DNA from: Mobula hypostoma
Taxonomy: Eukaryota
Length of the DNA: 64,000 nt
Assembly: GCF_963921235.1 (NCBI RefSeq)
Contig: NC_086097.1
Span: 46,068,001-46,132,000, forward strand
Reading direction: 5' to 3'
In this document: in pieces, positions 11,581 through 22,994 of the stretch
Layout of the letters: the number at the start of each line of letters is the position of its first letter
Numbering within the stretch: position 1 is the stretch's first letter
Position numbers and translations under genes: made by a program
The notes under the pieces: generated by a model
What the model saw: the letters and a program-made list of their open reading frames with translations, nothing else
Databases searched by the model: none
What the model was told of the DNA's origin: nothing

Positions 11581-13152
11581 TTTTTTTAATTAAAAAAGAC
11601 AGGATTCTGTGGCTGTGAAAGAGCTGTCAGGATAATGTGTTGCCTCCCATGGGCTAGTGTAAAGGATATCTCAAAGCTGATGCAAATATTCTCAAGGGGG
11701 AGGGTGGGCAGCCAGAGATCATGGTGCACAGTGGTGCCAATTTAGGGGCTCAGTACGTGAGTTACAAAGGAGGCTGCAAAACTATATGTTATAAATATGT
11801 GGTCTTGTCAGTGTTAGTCTTTGGTTTGTCTTGTTTTTTTTGTGATATCACTCTGGAGGAACATTGTATCATTCCTTAATGCATGCATGCATTTCTAAAT
11901 GACAATAAATGAGGACTGAGTGCCCTCATAATCTAATCTTAAAAAAAAGGACCTTTTAGTCAATAATCTTGGATTACCCCCAGTGTCATGTGCAAGTCAG
12001 GACTGGAATAGAAAGATAGAACAGATCAAAGAGTGGCTGAGGGTGGTGCAGTAGGCAGTGCTTCAGGTTCTTGGACCAGTGAAACCTCTTCTGGGGAGGA
12101 GTGACCTGTACAAGAGGGATGGTTTGCACTTTAACTGGAGGAGAACAAAAATCCTGGCCAGAAGGTTCACTAGTGCTACTTGGGGAACGTTTGGACTATT
12201 TTGGTCGGCAATGGGAGCCAGAGCACCAGGGTCAGAGAGTGGACGGATTGACAGAAAGGTAAATGTCCTGACCAGTCAGAATAGGCAGAAGCAAAGACAT
12301 AGACCAGATAGGATGGACATTTTGATCCAGGATTATTATGGTAAAGGGTGATAAATTCAGAGCATGGATCAGTATATGGAACTATGATTTTGTGATCATA
12401 ACAGAGACTTGGTTGAGCAAGGGACAGGAATGGATGCTTGGTGTGCCAGGATTTCAATGTTTTAAGAAAGATTGAGAAGGATGTAAAAGAAGGGAGTTGG
12501 GTGGGGGGAGGGGGGAGTTGTGCAATTATCATAGCTCCACTCAGGGGAGACATAATGGAGGCTCATCCACTAAGCCCATATGGGTAGAACTCAAAAATAA
12601 AAAAGGTGGAATCATTCTGATGGGATTATGCATACAATAGATCCCTCAATAGCCACTGGGGCATTGAGCAACAGGCAAAGCGGTTGTGGGTGACTTCAAC
12701 TTCTCTAATATAGAGTTGGACCTATTGCAAGAGGTTTAAATGGGACAGAATTTGGTGCATCCAGTAGGATTCCTTAAATCATTATGCAGATTGTCCAGCA
12801 AGGGGAGGTTGTTGGGTAATGAGACTGGCCTGGTAACTTACCTTTCAGTGGGAAAACAGTTGAGGAACTCCCTAAGTTTTAAGATAGCTCTCGATATGGG
12901 TAAGTATGAACTTTGCAAGAGAGTATTAAATTGGAGCCAAGCATACTAGAAGAGTATTAGGCAGTAACGAGAAGTTAATTAGTTACAGCTGTTTCTGGAA
13001 ACATCTGATATACAGAGGGCATTTCAAGACCAACTGCACAGACCACAGGATAGAAATGTTCCAGTAAGAAGGTGGAACAAGGATGGCAAGGTAAGGGAAC
13101 CTTGGATCGTGAGGGAGATGGTAAATTTAGTTAAGGAGGAAGATAGTAAGGT

Positions 13153-15775
13153 TAGAACATAGAATAATACAGCACAGTACAGGCCCTTCGGTCCACAATG
13201 TTGTGCCAACCCTCAAACCCTGCCTCCGATATAAGCCCCCACCTTAAATTCCTCCATATACCTGTCTAGTAGTCTCTTAAACTTCACTAGTGTATCTGCC
13301 TCCACCACTGACTCAGGCAGTGCATTCCACGCACCAACCACTCTCTGAGTAAAAAAACCTTCCTCTAATATCTCTCTTGAACTTCCCACCCCTTACCTTA
13401 AAGCCATGTCCTCTTGTATTGAGCAGTGGTGCCCTGGGGAAGAGGCGCTGGCTATCCACTCTATCTGTTCCTCTTATTATCTTGTATACCTCTACCATGT
13501 CTCCTCTCATCCTCCTTCTCTCCAAAGAGTAAAGCCCTAGCTCCCTTAATCTCTGATCATAATGCATACTTTCTAAACCAGGCAGCATCCTGGTAAATCT
13601 CCTCTGTACCCTTTCCAATGCTTCCACATCCTTCCTATAGTGAGGTGACCAGAACTGGACACCGTACTCCAAGTGTGGCCTAACCAGAGTTTTATAGAGC
13701 TGCATCATTACATCGCGACTCTTAAACTCTATCACTCGACTTATGAAAGCTAACACCCCATAAGCTTTCTTAACTACCCTATCCACCTGTGAGGAAACTT
13801 TCAGGGATCTGTGGACATGTACCCTGAGATCCCTCTGCTCCTCCACACTACCAAGTATCCTGCCTTTTACTTTGTACTCTGCCTTGGAGTTTGTCCTTGC
13901 AAAGTGTACCACCTCACACTTCTCCGGGTTGAACTCCATCTGCCACTTCTCAGCCCACTCCTGCATCCTATCAATGTCCCTCTGCAATCTTTGACAATCC
14001 TCTATACTATCTACAACACCGCCAACCTTTGTGTCGTCTGCAAACTTGCCAACCCGCCCTTCTACCCCCACATCCAGGTCGTTAATAAAAATCACGAAAA
14101 GTAGAGGTCCCAGAACAGATCCTTGTGGGACACCACTAGTCACAATCCTGCAATCTGAACATACTCCCTCCTCCACCACCACCCTCTGCCTTCTGCAGGC
14201 AAGCCAATTCTGAATCCATCTGGCCAAACTTCCCTGGATCCCATGCCTTCTGACTTTCTGAATAAGCCTACCGTGTGGAACCTTGTCAAATGCCTTACTA
14301 AAATCCATATAGATCACATCCACTGCACTACCCTCATCTATGTGCCTGGTCACCTCCTCAAAGAACTCTATCAGGCTTGTTAGACACGATCTGCCCTTCA
14401 CAAAGCCATGCTGACTGTCCCATAATTCTCTAAATGCCTATAGATCCTATCTCTAAGAATCTTTTCCAACATCTTTCCCACCACAGACATAAGGCTCACT
14501 GGTCTATAATTATCTGGACTATCCCTACTACCTTTTTTGAACAAGGGGACAACATTCTCCTCCTTCCAATCCTCTGGTACCATTCCTGTGGACAACGAGG
14601 ACATAAATATCCTAGCCAGAGGCTCAGCGATCTCTTCTCTCACCTCGTGGAGCAGCCTGGGGAATATTCCACCAGGCCCCAGGGACTTATCTGTCCTAAT
14701 GTATTTTAACAACTCCAACACCTCCTCTCCCTTAATATCAACATGCTCCGGAACATCAACCTCACTCATATTGTCCTCGCCATCATCAATTTCTCTCTCA
14801 TTGGTGAATACCGAAGAGAAGTATTCATTGAGCACCTCGCTCACTTCCACAGCCTCCAGGCACATCTTCCTACCTTTATCTCTAATCGGTCCTACCTTCA
14901 CTCCTGTCATCCTTTTTTTCTTCACATAATTGAAGAATGCCTTGGAGTTTTCCTTTACCCTACTCGCCAAGGCCTTCTCATGCCCCCTTCTTGCTCTTCT
15001 CAGCCCCTTCTTAAGCTCCTTTCTTGCTTCCCTATATTCCTCAATAGACCCATCTGATCCTTGCTTCCTAAACCTCATGTATGCTGCCTTTTTCCACCCG
15101 ACTAGATTTTCCACCTCACTTGTCACCCATGGTTCTTTCACCCTACCATTCTTTATCTTCCTCACTGGGACAAATTTATCCCTTACATCCCGCAAGAGAT
15201 CTCTAAACATCGACCGCATGTCCATAGTACATTTCCCTGCAAAAACATCATCCCAAATCACACCCGCAAGTTCTAGCCTTATAGCCTCATAATTTGCCTT
15301 TCCCCAATTAAAAATTTTCCTGTCCTCTCTGATTCTATCCTTTTCCATGATAATGCTAAAGGCCAGGGAGCAGTGGTCACCGTCCCCCAGATGCTCACCC
15401 ACTGAGAGATCTGTGACCTGACCCGATTCATTACCTAGTACTAGATCTAGTATGGCATTCCCCCTGGTCGACCTGTCCACATACTGTGACAGGAATCCGT
15501 CCTGGACACACTTACCAAACTCTGCCCCATCTAAACCCTTGGAACTAATCAGGCGTCAATCAATATTAGGGAAGTTAAAGTCACCCATGATAACAACCCT
15601 GTTATTTTTGCACCTTTCCAAAATCTGCCTCCCAATCTGCTCCTCTGTATCTCTGCTGCTACCAGGGGGCCTATAGAATACCCCCAATAGAGTAACTGCT
15701 CCCTTCCTGTTCCTGACTTCCATCCATATTGACTCAAAAGAGGATCCTGCTACATTACCCACCCTTTCTGTAGCT
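13153..15775 (-). mobile_element. Relatively young 5'-truncated CR1 LINE (ORF2 EN-RT, few frameshifts)
   Basis: ORFs 15556..15762 (GVFYRPP, MGDFNFP), 14398..15480 and 13313..14401 (YMDFSKAFDKVPH, GVPQGSVLGP, FADDTK). 3' tail (TTCTATG-type) lies at ~13153-13165. Confidence 0.95.
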
Positions 15776-16005
15776 TGAGAAAGCTAAAATCAAAAATAAC
15801 CTTCAAGAGTTATAATGAAGCCAGTAAAGAACTCAGGAATGGTATCAGAAAAGCCAATAGGGTGCATGAAAAGTCCTTAGCAAATTGGTTTAAAGAGAAT
15901 TCCAAGGCATTCTATACATACACCAAGAGCAAGGGATTAAATAGGTAGTGGTTAGGACCACTTGAGGATAAAGAAAGAAACATATGCTTGAAGGCCAAGG
16001 AAGTG

Positions 16006-16965
16006 AGTCTTACTTCAGCAGAGGGCACGTTGTTGGAGAAAATACTGAGAGGGAGGATTTATGAGCACTTGGACAGACATAATCTGATTAGGGATAGTCA
16101 GCATGGCTTTGTCAAGGGCTGGTCATGCCTTACGAACCAAATAGAATTCCTTGAGGATGTAATAAAACACATTGATGAAGGTAGAGCAGTGGATGTAGTG
16201 TATATGGATTTCAGTAAAGCATCTGATAAGGTTCCCCATGCAAGGCTCATTCAGAAAGTAATGAGGCATGGGATCCAAGGAGACTGCTTTGTGGATCCAG
16301 AATTGGCTTGACCACAGAAGGCAAAGGATGGTTCGTATTTTGCATGGAGGACAGTGACCAGTGGTGTTCCACAGGGATCTGTTCTGGGACACCTCCTCTT
16401 TGTGATTTTCTTTTATAAATGAGCAATGAGGTAATGTTACATCTATATAAGACCTTAGTTAGACCCTATGTGGAGTACTGTGTTCAGTTCTGGTCACCTC
16501 ATTACAGGAAAGATGTGGATACTATAGAAAGGGTGCAGAGGAGATTTACAAGGAGAGCATGCCTTATGAGAACAGGTTGAGTGAACTTGGCCTTTTCTCC
16601 CCGGGGCGACGGGGAATGAGAGGTGATCTGATAGAGGTGTATAAGATGATGAGAGGCATTGATCGTGTCGATAGCCAGAGGCTTTTTCCCAAGGCTGAAA
16701 TGGCTAACGTGAGGGGGCATAGTTTTAAGGTGCTTGGAAGTAGGTATGGGGGGGGGTGTCAGAGGTAAGTTTTGTCCATGCACTGCTAGTGACAGTGGTA
16801 GAGGCAGATACAACAGGTTTTTAAGAGCCTCTTGGATGCGTACACGGTGCTCAGAAAATTAGAGGGCTATGTAGTAGGGAAATTCTAGGCAGTTTCAAGA
16901 GTAGGTTACATTGTCAGCACAACATTGTGGGCCAAAAGGCTGTAGATTTTCTATGTTTCAATGTT
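16006..16965 (+). mobile_element. Internally deleted CR1 RT/3' fragment nested in the older CR1
   Basis: ORFs 15988..16311 (YMDFSKASDKVPH) and 16559..16768 (MRGDLIEVYK). Tail TTTTCTATGTTTCAATG; host sequence resumes at AAGTG 16975. Confidence 0.8.
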
Positions 16966-17761
16966 TTTTTTCTTAAGTGGGCAAAGTCCTAAATGAGTAC
17001 TTTGCACCAGTATTTACCAAGGAGACGGACATAGAGGACAATAATATCAGTGTGGAGCATGCCAATTTGCCAGGGAATTTTGAGATGGTTAAGTCCCCAA
17101 GGCCTGATACCATATACTTTAGGTTATTTAGAGAGTCAAAAAATGAGATTGCTCGGTCTTGGCCATATCTTCATGTTTTTCTAACCGTAGATGAGTTCCC
17201 AGAGGACTGATGAGTAGCTAATGTAATTCCAGTATTGAAGAAGGAAAATGAGGATAATCCCGGAAACTATAGTCCAGTGAGTGGTAAGGAAGTTACCAGA
17301 GACATTCTTAGGGCCAGGATTTGTGAGCATTTGGAAAGCCATCGTCTAATTAGGGATAGTCAACATGGCTTTGTGTGGGGCAAATCGTATCTTGATTGTG
17401 TTTATCAAGGAAGTAATGAATGTCATGCATGATGATAGGACTGTGGATATTGTCTACAGGATTTTCGTAAGGTGTTTGACAATGTACCTTGTGAGATGTA
17501 AAACATAGATTAGTGGGTTACTAAGTTTGTAGACAATACAGATTGGTGGTTTTATAAATAGCATAAAACACAGTCAAAAGGTACAGTGGATATAGATCAG
17601 TTGCAGATTTGGGCAAAGAACTGGCAGATGGAATTTAACCCAGCCAAATGTCAAGGGTTGCACTTAGGGAGATCAACTGTAAAGAGACAATACACTGTTA
17701 ATGAACTGACCGTTAACTGGGATCTGGGGGTCCAAGTCCATGGTTCTACGAAAGTGACTAC

Positions 17762-18392
17762 AAAGATCAAAGTACATTTATTTTCAAAGTATGTATGTGG
17801 TATACAACCTGAGATTCATCTTTGCACAGACAGCCACGAACAAAGAAACACTCTGGAATCTGTCCAAAGAAAACCTCAAGCACCCAACACCCAAAAAACA
17901 AATAATTCACGCAAATGGCAAAAAATGAGCGAGAAACACAGAATATAAACATGAAACCACAGAGTCATTGAAACAGCCTAGGAATGTTCAGTTCAGCTAG
18001 TGCTGTGTCATTCATTGACAGCAGGCTATGAGGCCAATCCAACCTGATCAAAATAATACAAAACTGCAATTTAAAAAAAAGGAATAGCCAGAAATATACA
18101 TAACATGAACTGCAGTGTCCAATCCGCAAACAATGCTGATCAAACTTTGCCCAAGACCCAATACTCCAGCACCTTCCTCTGGCAGCAGTGGGTGAGAGGG
18201 AGAGAGAAACCAGGCGGATGGTGCTGAACACCCACTCATCTTCCGCTCCCGTCCTTGTTGATTTCAATCTTGCTCAACATGTCAATTGGCAAGAAATGGA
18301 GTCGATTGTGGGCTCGCACCCCGTCTCCAGGCCACTCGCTCCGCTCCTAATCTCACCGAACTCCCTCAGAGGCAGCAAAGCGCCAGATCAGC
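17762..18392 (-). mobile_element. Non-autonomous retroelement with a Rex1/Babar-type 3' tail
   Basis: Homologous to 1-450 and 36155-36602. Its tail GATGAATCTCAGGTTGTATA...ACTTTGAAAATAAATGTACTTTGA matches the Rex1 tail at 44896-44955. Confidence 0.75.
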
Positions 18393-19872
18393 AGAAAGGA
18401 ATAGTTTAATTAGGCATTTGATCACTAATTTAAATTAGTTCAGCATGACACTGTGGGCCAAATGGCCTGTTTCTCTGCTGTTTGAAATAGTAGAGCAAGT
18501 AGAGAGGTTTTAAGCAGCATCTTAAAAGTTTGCAATGGTGGAACACAGTGAAGTTTATAATTGAACTCCTTGACCTTTAAGCTTTCAATTATCGGTTTTG
18601 AAGTAACAAAAATTGGTGATTCTTAAAGCCAGAATTAGCAAAATATCCGATAACTCTTAGGCTGGAAGTAGTACTGACATTCAGGATAGGCAAAACGCTG
18701 TCAGGGTTAGAAAACAGAAGAAAATTTCTGTGTTGCTATGTTGGGAGTGTGATGGGGAAACAGCATGTTGAGAGTTTATGATACTGTGCTAGTTATTGCA
18801 TAAACAGCTCCACCACTGACTCATGGGCAGCAAAGTTTTGAGTGGCACATTGCTACTCAAGAGCCGAATTCTATTCATGAAGCCACATAAGTCACTTTCA
18901 GTAAATGTATCTTCCACATTATTTATGTACGAGAATTCATGTGGCATACAATAAAATCCAATGAAATTAATGGCAAATTTCACAACTGAGTGAAGTATGA
19001 GACCATAAGAGGGTCAATTGAGAGTTTCAATATGCAGAGCTGGATAGTGCTATGGGGGGTTGGGGGGGGGGCAAAATGCACAGCAGTTACTTTTCTAGAC
19101 TACTTTGGCATTGCTTCCAAAATTTCACCACCAGGATGGATGAGAGCAGGAAGTACAGGGAAACGCCAGCACCTCTAGGTTTCCCTCCAAATTGTTCACT
19201 GTCCTGCCTATTTCTTCACTGCTGTTGTTTTACTCTTGGAACTTGCTACTTAACAACAGGGGGACTGCTGTGGTTCAAGTTGGAAGCTCAATACCATAAG
19301 CTCAACGAAAGCAAGGCTGAGCAAATAATGGTGATTTGCCAGCAGTACCCTCATCAAGAAAAATGAATACACATTCTCTAAATCTCTGCTCTTTGCTGGT
19401 CATAATGCTCCTGTTCAAAATAAGGTTGGATACCCTTACATGTACCCAACCCAAAACCAACTGGCCACTAAATTGAGAATTTCACTCAGATGGGTTTGGG
19501 AAAATGGAAACTGTTGCACTGATCCAGTAGTTGGTGATTTTTTGAGGATGATAGTGAGCTACAAGCTTGTAAAATGTTTGAGTCTTTCAAGAGAGCTTGT
19601 TTTCTGAAAATATTGGCCATCCGAAATGACAAGTGTTCTTTTGCTCATTATCCTGATGAGCAGTCGGGGAAAAAGCTAGAAGTGCTGAGCAGATGAGGTG
19701 GAGAAATATGAGGGTTAATGTTATTTTGCATCAGAACTTTGCTGAGGATCACTTGAATGGGTTCTGCGCATGTAGAACTTTGATTCGGTTGCATCAAAAG
19801 CTACAGAAGTTGCTGATGAAAGAGAGAATAAAAATTAGTAAAGGATTTTTGTGTTACTCAGCATTATGCCTC

Positions 19873-19934
19873 ATTACTGGTTAACTGCTGCAATTACTTC
19901 ATACAATTTCCACCCCCAGACAGTTCAAAGTTTA
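19873..19934 (+). promoter_or_regulatory. AMN: Putative AMN proximal promoter with HNF1-like and HNF4/DR1-like sites
   Basis: ATTACTGGTTAAC (19873-85; reverse complement resembles GTTAATNATTAAC) and AGTTCA-A-AGTTTA (19922-34; DR1), both within ~130 bp of the ATG. Motif match only. Confidence 0.4.
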
Positions 19935-19999
19935 CTGTAAGCTGCAAGTGAAAACTGCAAAACAATCAAGGGAATAAATATTCTTCTTGGTAAAGCAAC

Positions 20000-20036
20000 A
20001 TGTGGTCAGCAAACTTTATCTTCAGCCTGCTATTCC
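20000..20036 (+). CDS. AMN: Amnionless coding exon 1 (signal peptide)
   Basis: GCAACATGT start context, MWSANFIFSLLF plus 1 nt, then a consensus GTAAGT donor. The phase-1 join to exon 2 gives MWSANFIFSLLFHVSGAFYKQW, a plausible signal peptide. Confidence 0.8.
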
Positions 20037-21046
20037 GTAAGTGGTGCTTCTATGGTAATTTTAGTACTTGGATAAGTAGCTAAATTGAATGTCAAATTGA
20101 AAAGCGAAATCCCTGTTTACTAAGGGTGTGTGCGCCAATTTATAAGTTTGGAATTCTCTTTAAAAGGATGGCTGTCTTGTTTTCCATATATGCAATCAAA
20201 ATAAGCCTTGCTTGGAACATAAACAGTGTGTGAACTTGACATTAGTAAGCAAGGTGCAATTTAGCAGGGGATTTTTTTAAAAAGACTACGGAAATGTAAA
20301 CAATGGGAGTTTAACATTTTGTGCTACCTCATTTTGTTCAGAATGATAAGGCAGCAAAAACTCAGCTATGAGCACAATTCTACTCTTGAAGCCACATCAA
20401 TCACCTTCAGTTTATGTGCCTTCCACGCTATTTATATTCTAGATCTAGTATTTACTGTATATGCACACACTTTGATAAAATTAACGGTGAATAGTTTTGT
20501 TTGATTTGTGACTGAATTCCACCTTCCTCCCTTTGTGTTGTATTAAAAGATATGGTACTTAACAAAATTCCTTCAATTTACTTGCTATCAATTTCCAGGA
20601 TCAGCATGGACATCCAACTTTTCACTGTCTGCATGTAGACAAATGACATCCAATGTTATGCCTCCTCTTTGACACCTTAGCTAGCAGAGTCTCTATCTAC
20701 CTTACCAGTTTCCTTTGCTGTATCGAACCCTTCAATCATTGACCTTTAACCTTCAAACTTCTAGGGAATAGAGTCATATTAGTATAATTTATAAGTTTTC
20801 TGGCATTACATCACTGAATTTGCAGTGGCCAGACTGTGCACAACAAAATCCTACAAACAATGAGGTAGATAACAGAATATTTATTTTATTAGTATGGGTG
20901 ATGCTGCTGGCCCGGATGTTGTGCTCAGATCTCTGGCAGGGATCTTATGCCCTCAGCCTTCTGGCTCAGAGCAGAGGGTGCTACTGTTAACCCGGTGTGA
21001 CACTTGACTAACTGAGGCAATTAGGATTAATTATAGGTGTGTTATT

Positions 21047-21628
21047 ATGCCCTTCGAGCCAGCACCACCATTCACTGTGATCATGGCTGATCATCCACTA
21101 TCAGTATCCAGTTCCTGCCTTATTCCCATAACCTTTGATTCCACTATCTTTAAGAGCTCTATCCATCTATTTTTTGAAAGCATCCAGAGACTTGGCCTCC
21201 ACAGCCTTCTGGGACAGAGCATTCCATATATTCACCACTCTCTGGGTGAAAAAGTTTTTCCTCAACTCCGTTCTAAATGGCCTACCCCTAATTCTTAAAC
21301 TGTGGCCTCTGGTTCTGGACTCACCCATCAGCAGGAACATGCTTCCTGCCTGCAGCGTGTCCAATCCCTTAATAATCTTATATGTTTCAATAAGATCCCC
21401 TCTCAGCCTTCTAAATTCCAGAGTATACAAGCCCTGTCGCTCCAGTCTTTCGACATATGACAGTCCTGCCATCCCAGGAATTAACCTTGTGAACCTACGC
21501 TGCACTCTCTCAATAGCAATAATGTCTTTCCTCAAATTTGGAGACCAAAACTGCACACAGTACTCCAGGTGTGGTCTCACCAGGGCGCTGTACAGCTGCA
21601 GAAGGACCTCTTTGCTCTTATACTCAAT
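21047..21628 (-). mobile_element. CR1 3' fragment
   Basis: ORF 21167..21580 RPHLEYCVQFWSP...LRGDLIETYK...FFTQRVVNIWNAL. Confidence 0.9.
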
Positions 21629-22719
21629 TTTGAACTACACAGAATTAACCAGCACTGTCAGGCTATTTTGCATTTGCTGGATCTCTGAAGGGATTGTTCA
21701 GGTAGTCACTCATATGTCATAGATTTGCAGAAAAATTGGAATATCTAAGGACATTCAGATTAGATAGATATACTTTATTGATCCTGAGGGAAATTGGGTT
21801 TTATTACAGCAGCACCAACCAAGAATAGAGCATAAATACAGCAATACAAACACCACAAACAATCAAACAACAATATGCAAACTATGCCAGATGGAAATAA
21901 GTCCAGAACCAGCCTATTGGCTCAGGGTGTCTGACCCTCCATGGGAGGAGATGCAAAGTTCGATTAATCCCATCTCTAGCTGTAGGTCTGTAACCCTGTC
22001 AACGAAACCACGCTATACCTCTGTCTATTCTGTTTTTTTTGTTTTGTTGCTGCTCTCCAAATGCAAAACTCTCACACTTCTTTAGATTAAGTACCCTTTG
22101 TCATTCTTCTACCCAAACGACTAGAAAGTCTTCATAATCTGCAGACTGAAGTTTACTGCCAAGAACGCAGAATGTAGTATCATCCACAAATTCCTTTACT
22201 GTAGACCCCTTGAACACTAAATCATTAATATGCGCACCCAGAAAGGATCAAGTAATGAACTTCGTGAAATCCCTCCGAAAACAGACTTCTAGTCACAAAA
22301 ACTTCCATCCACCATTACTCTGTACTTCCTGCCTGTAAATTAATTTTGGATCCCTTTTCTCACTTTCCCTTAGTTAGCATGGCTTTCTACCTTGTTACCC
22401 AGCTTATTATGTGGCATTTTGTCAAAAGCCTTGTTAAAATCTAGGGCAACGTCACACGTTGCCCTAGCAGACAAGGTGAAGGAGAATCCTAAGGGATTCT
22501 ACAGATATTTTAAGAGCAAAAACATTGCAAGGGACAAAATTTGTACTTTGGAAGACCAGAATGGTAATCTACATTGCAAACAAGAGCAAAATACATCAAG
22601 TGCACCACCCTCACTGAACTTGTTACCTCCTCAAAAAAATCAATTGAGTTGATCAGACAAGACCTTCAATTAATATTTACTTCATATTGTTTCATGCTTT
22701 TTGTAAAATGTAAAGAGGC

Positions 22720-22990
22720 TATTTGTCCTATTGAGTTTATGCCAGTATCCATCAATCCCATTTGCCCATTTATTTCTCTGCAACCTGTTCTATCTCAGAT
22801 GTTTATCATCTCCAACCCGAGTCTCTTGCCACTCATCTACACTAGCAATATTTCACAGTAACAATTTATCAACCAGCATGTCGTTACAAGTGGGAGGAAA
22901 CCAGAACAGCCAGGGAAACCCCATGTGATTTCAGGGGATCATGCAAACTTCACACTGACAGCTCTGGAGGTCAGCATTGAATCCAGGTTA
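22720..22990 (-). mobile_element. V-SINE (HE1-like) relic; similar relics at ~30330-30640 and ~56200-56400
   Basis: GTGGGAGGAAACCAGAACAGCCAGGGAAACCCCATG...TGCAAACTTCACACTGACAG resembles the reverse-complemented V-domain. Confidence 0.55.
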
Positions 22991-22994
22991 GAGT

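Larger units (their letters stand above)
11600..17761 (+). mobile_element. Old CR1 LINE (ORF1 esterase, EN and RT remnants) interrupted by younger insertions at ~11760-11940, 13153-15775 and ~16006-16965
   Basis: LYKRDGLHFNWRRTKILARRF (ORF1 esterase), ITETW, GDFNF, VLNEYFAPVFTKE, IRDSQHGF and WQMEFNPAKC occur in collinear order across the interruptions. Confidence 0.8.

Noticed and set aside
19052..19366. 104-aa ORF with a hydrophobic, Cys-rich stretch as an alternative AMN first exon
   Set aside because: No similarity to AMN. The 20000-20036 exon fits better in phase, donor and signal-peptide character.
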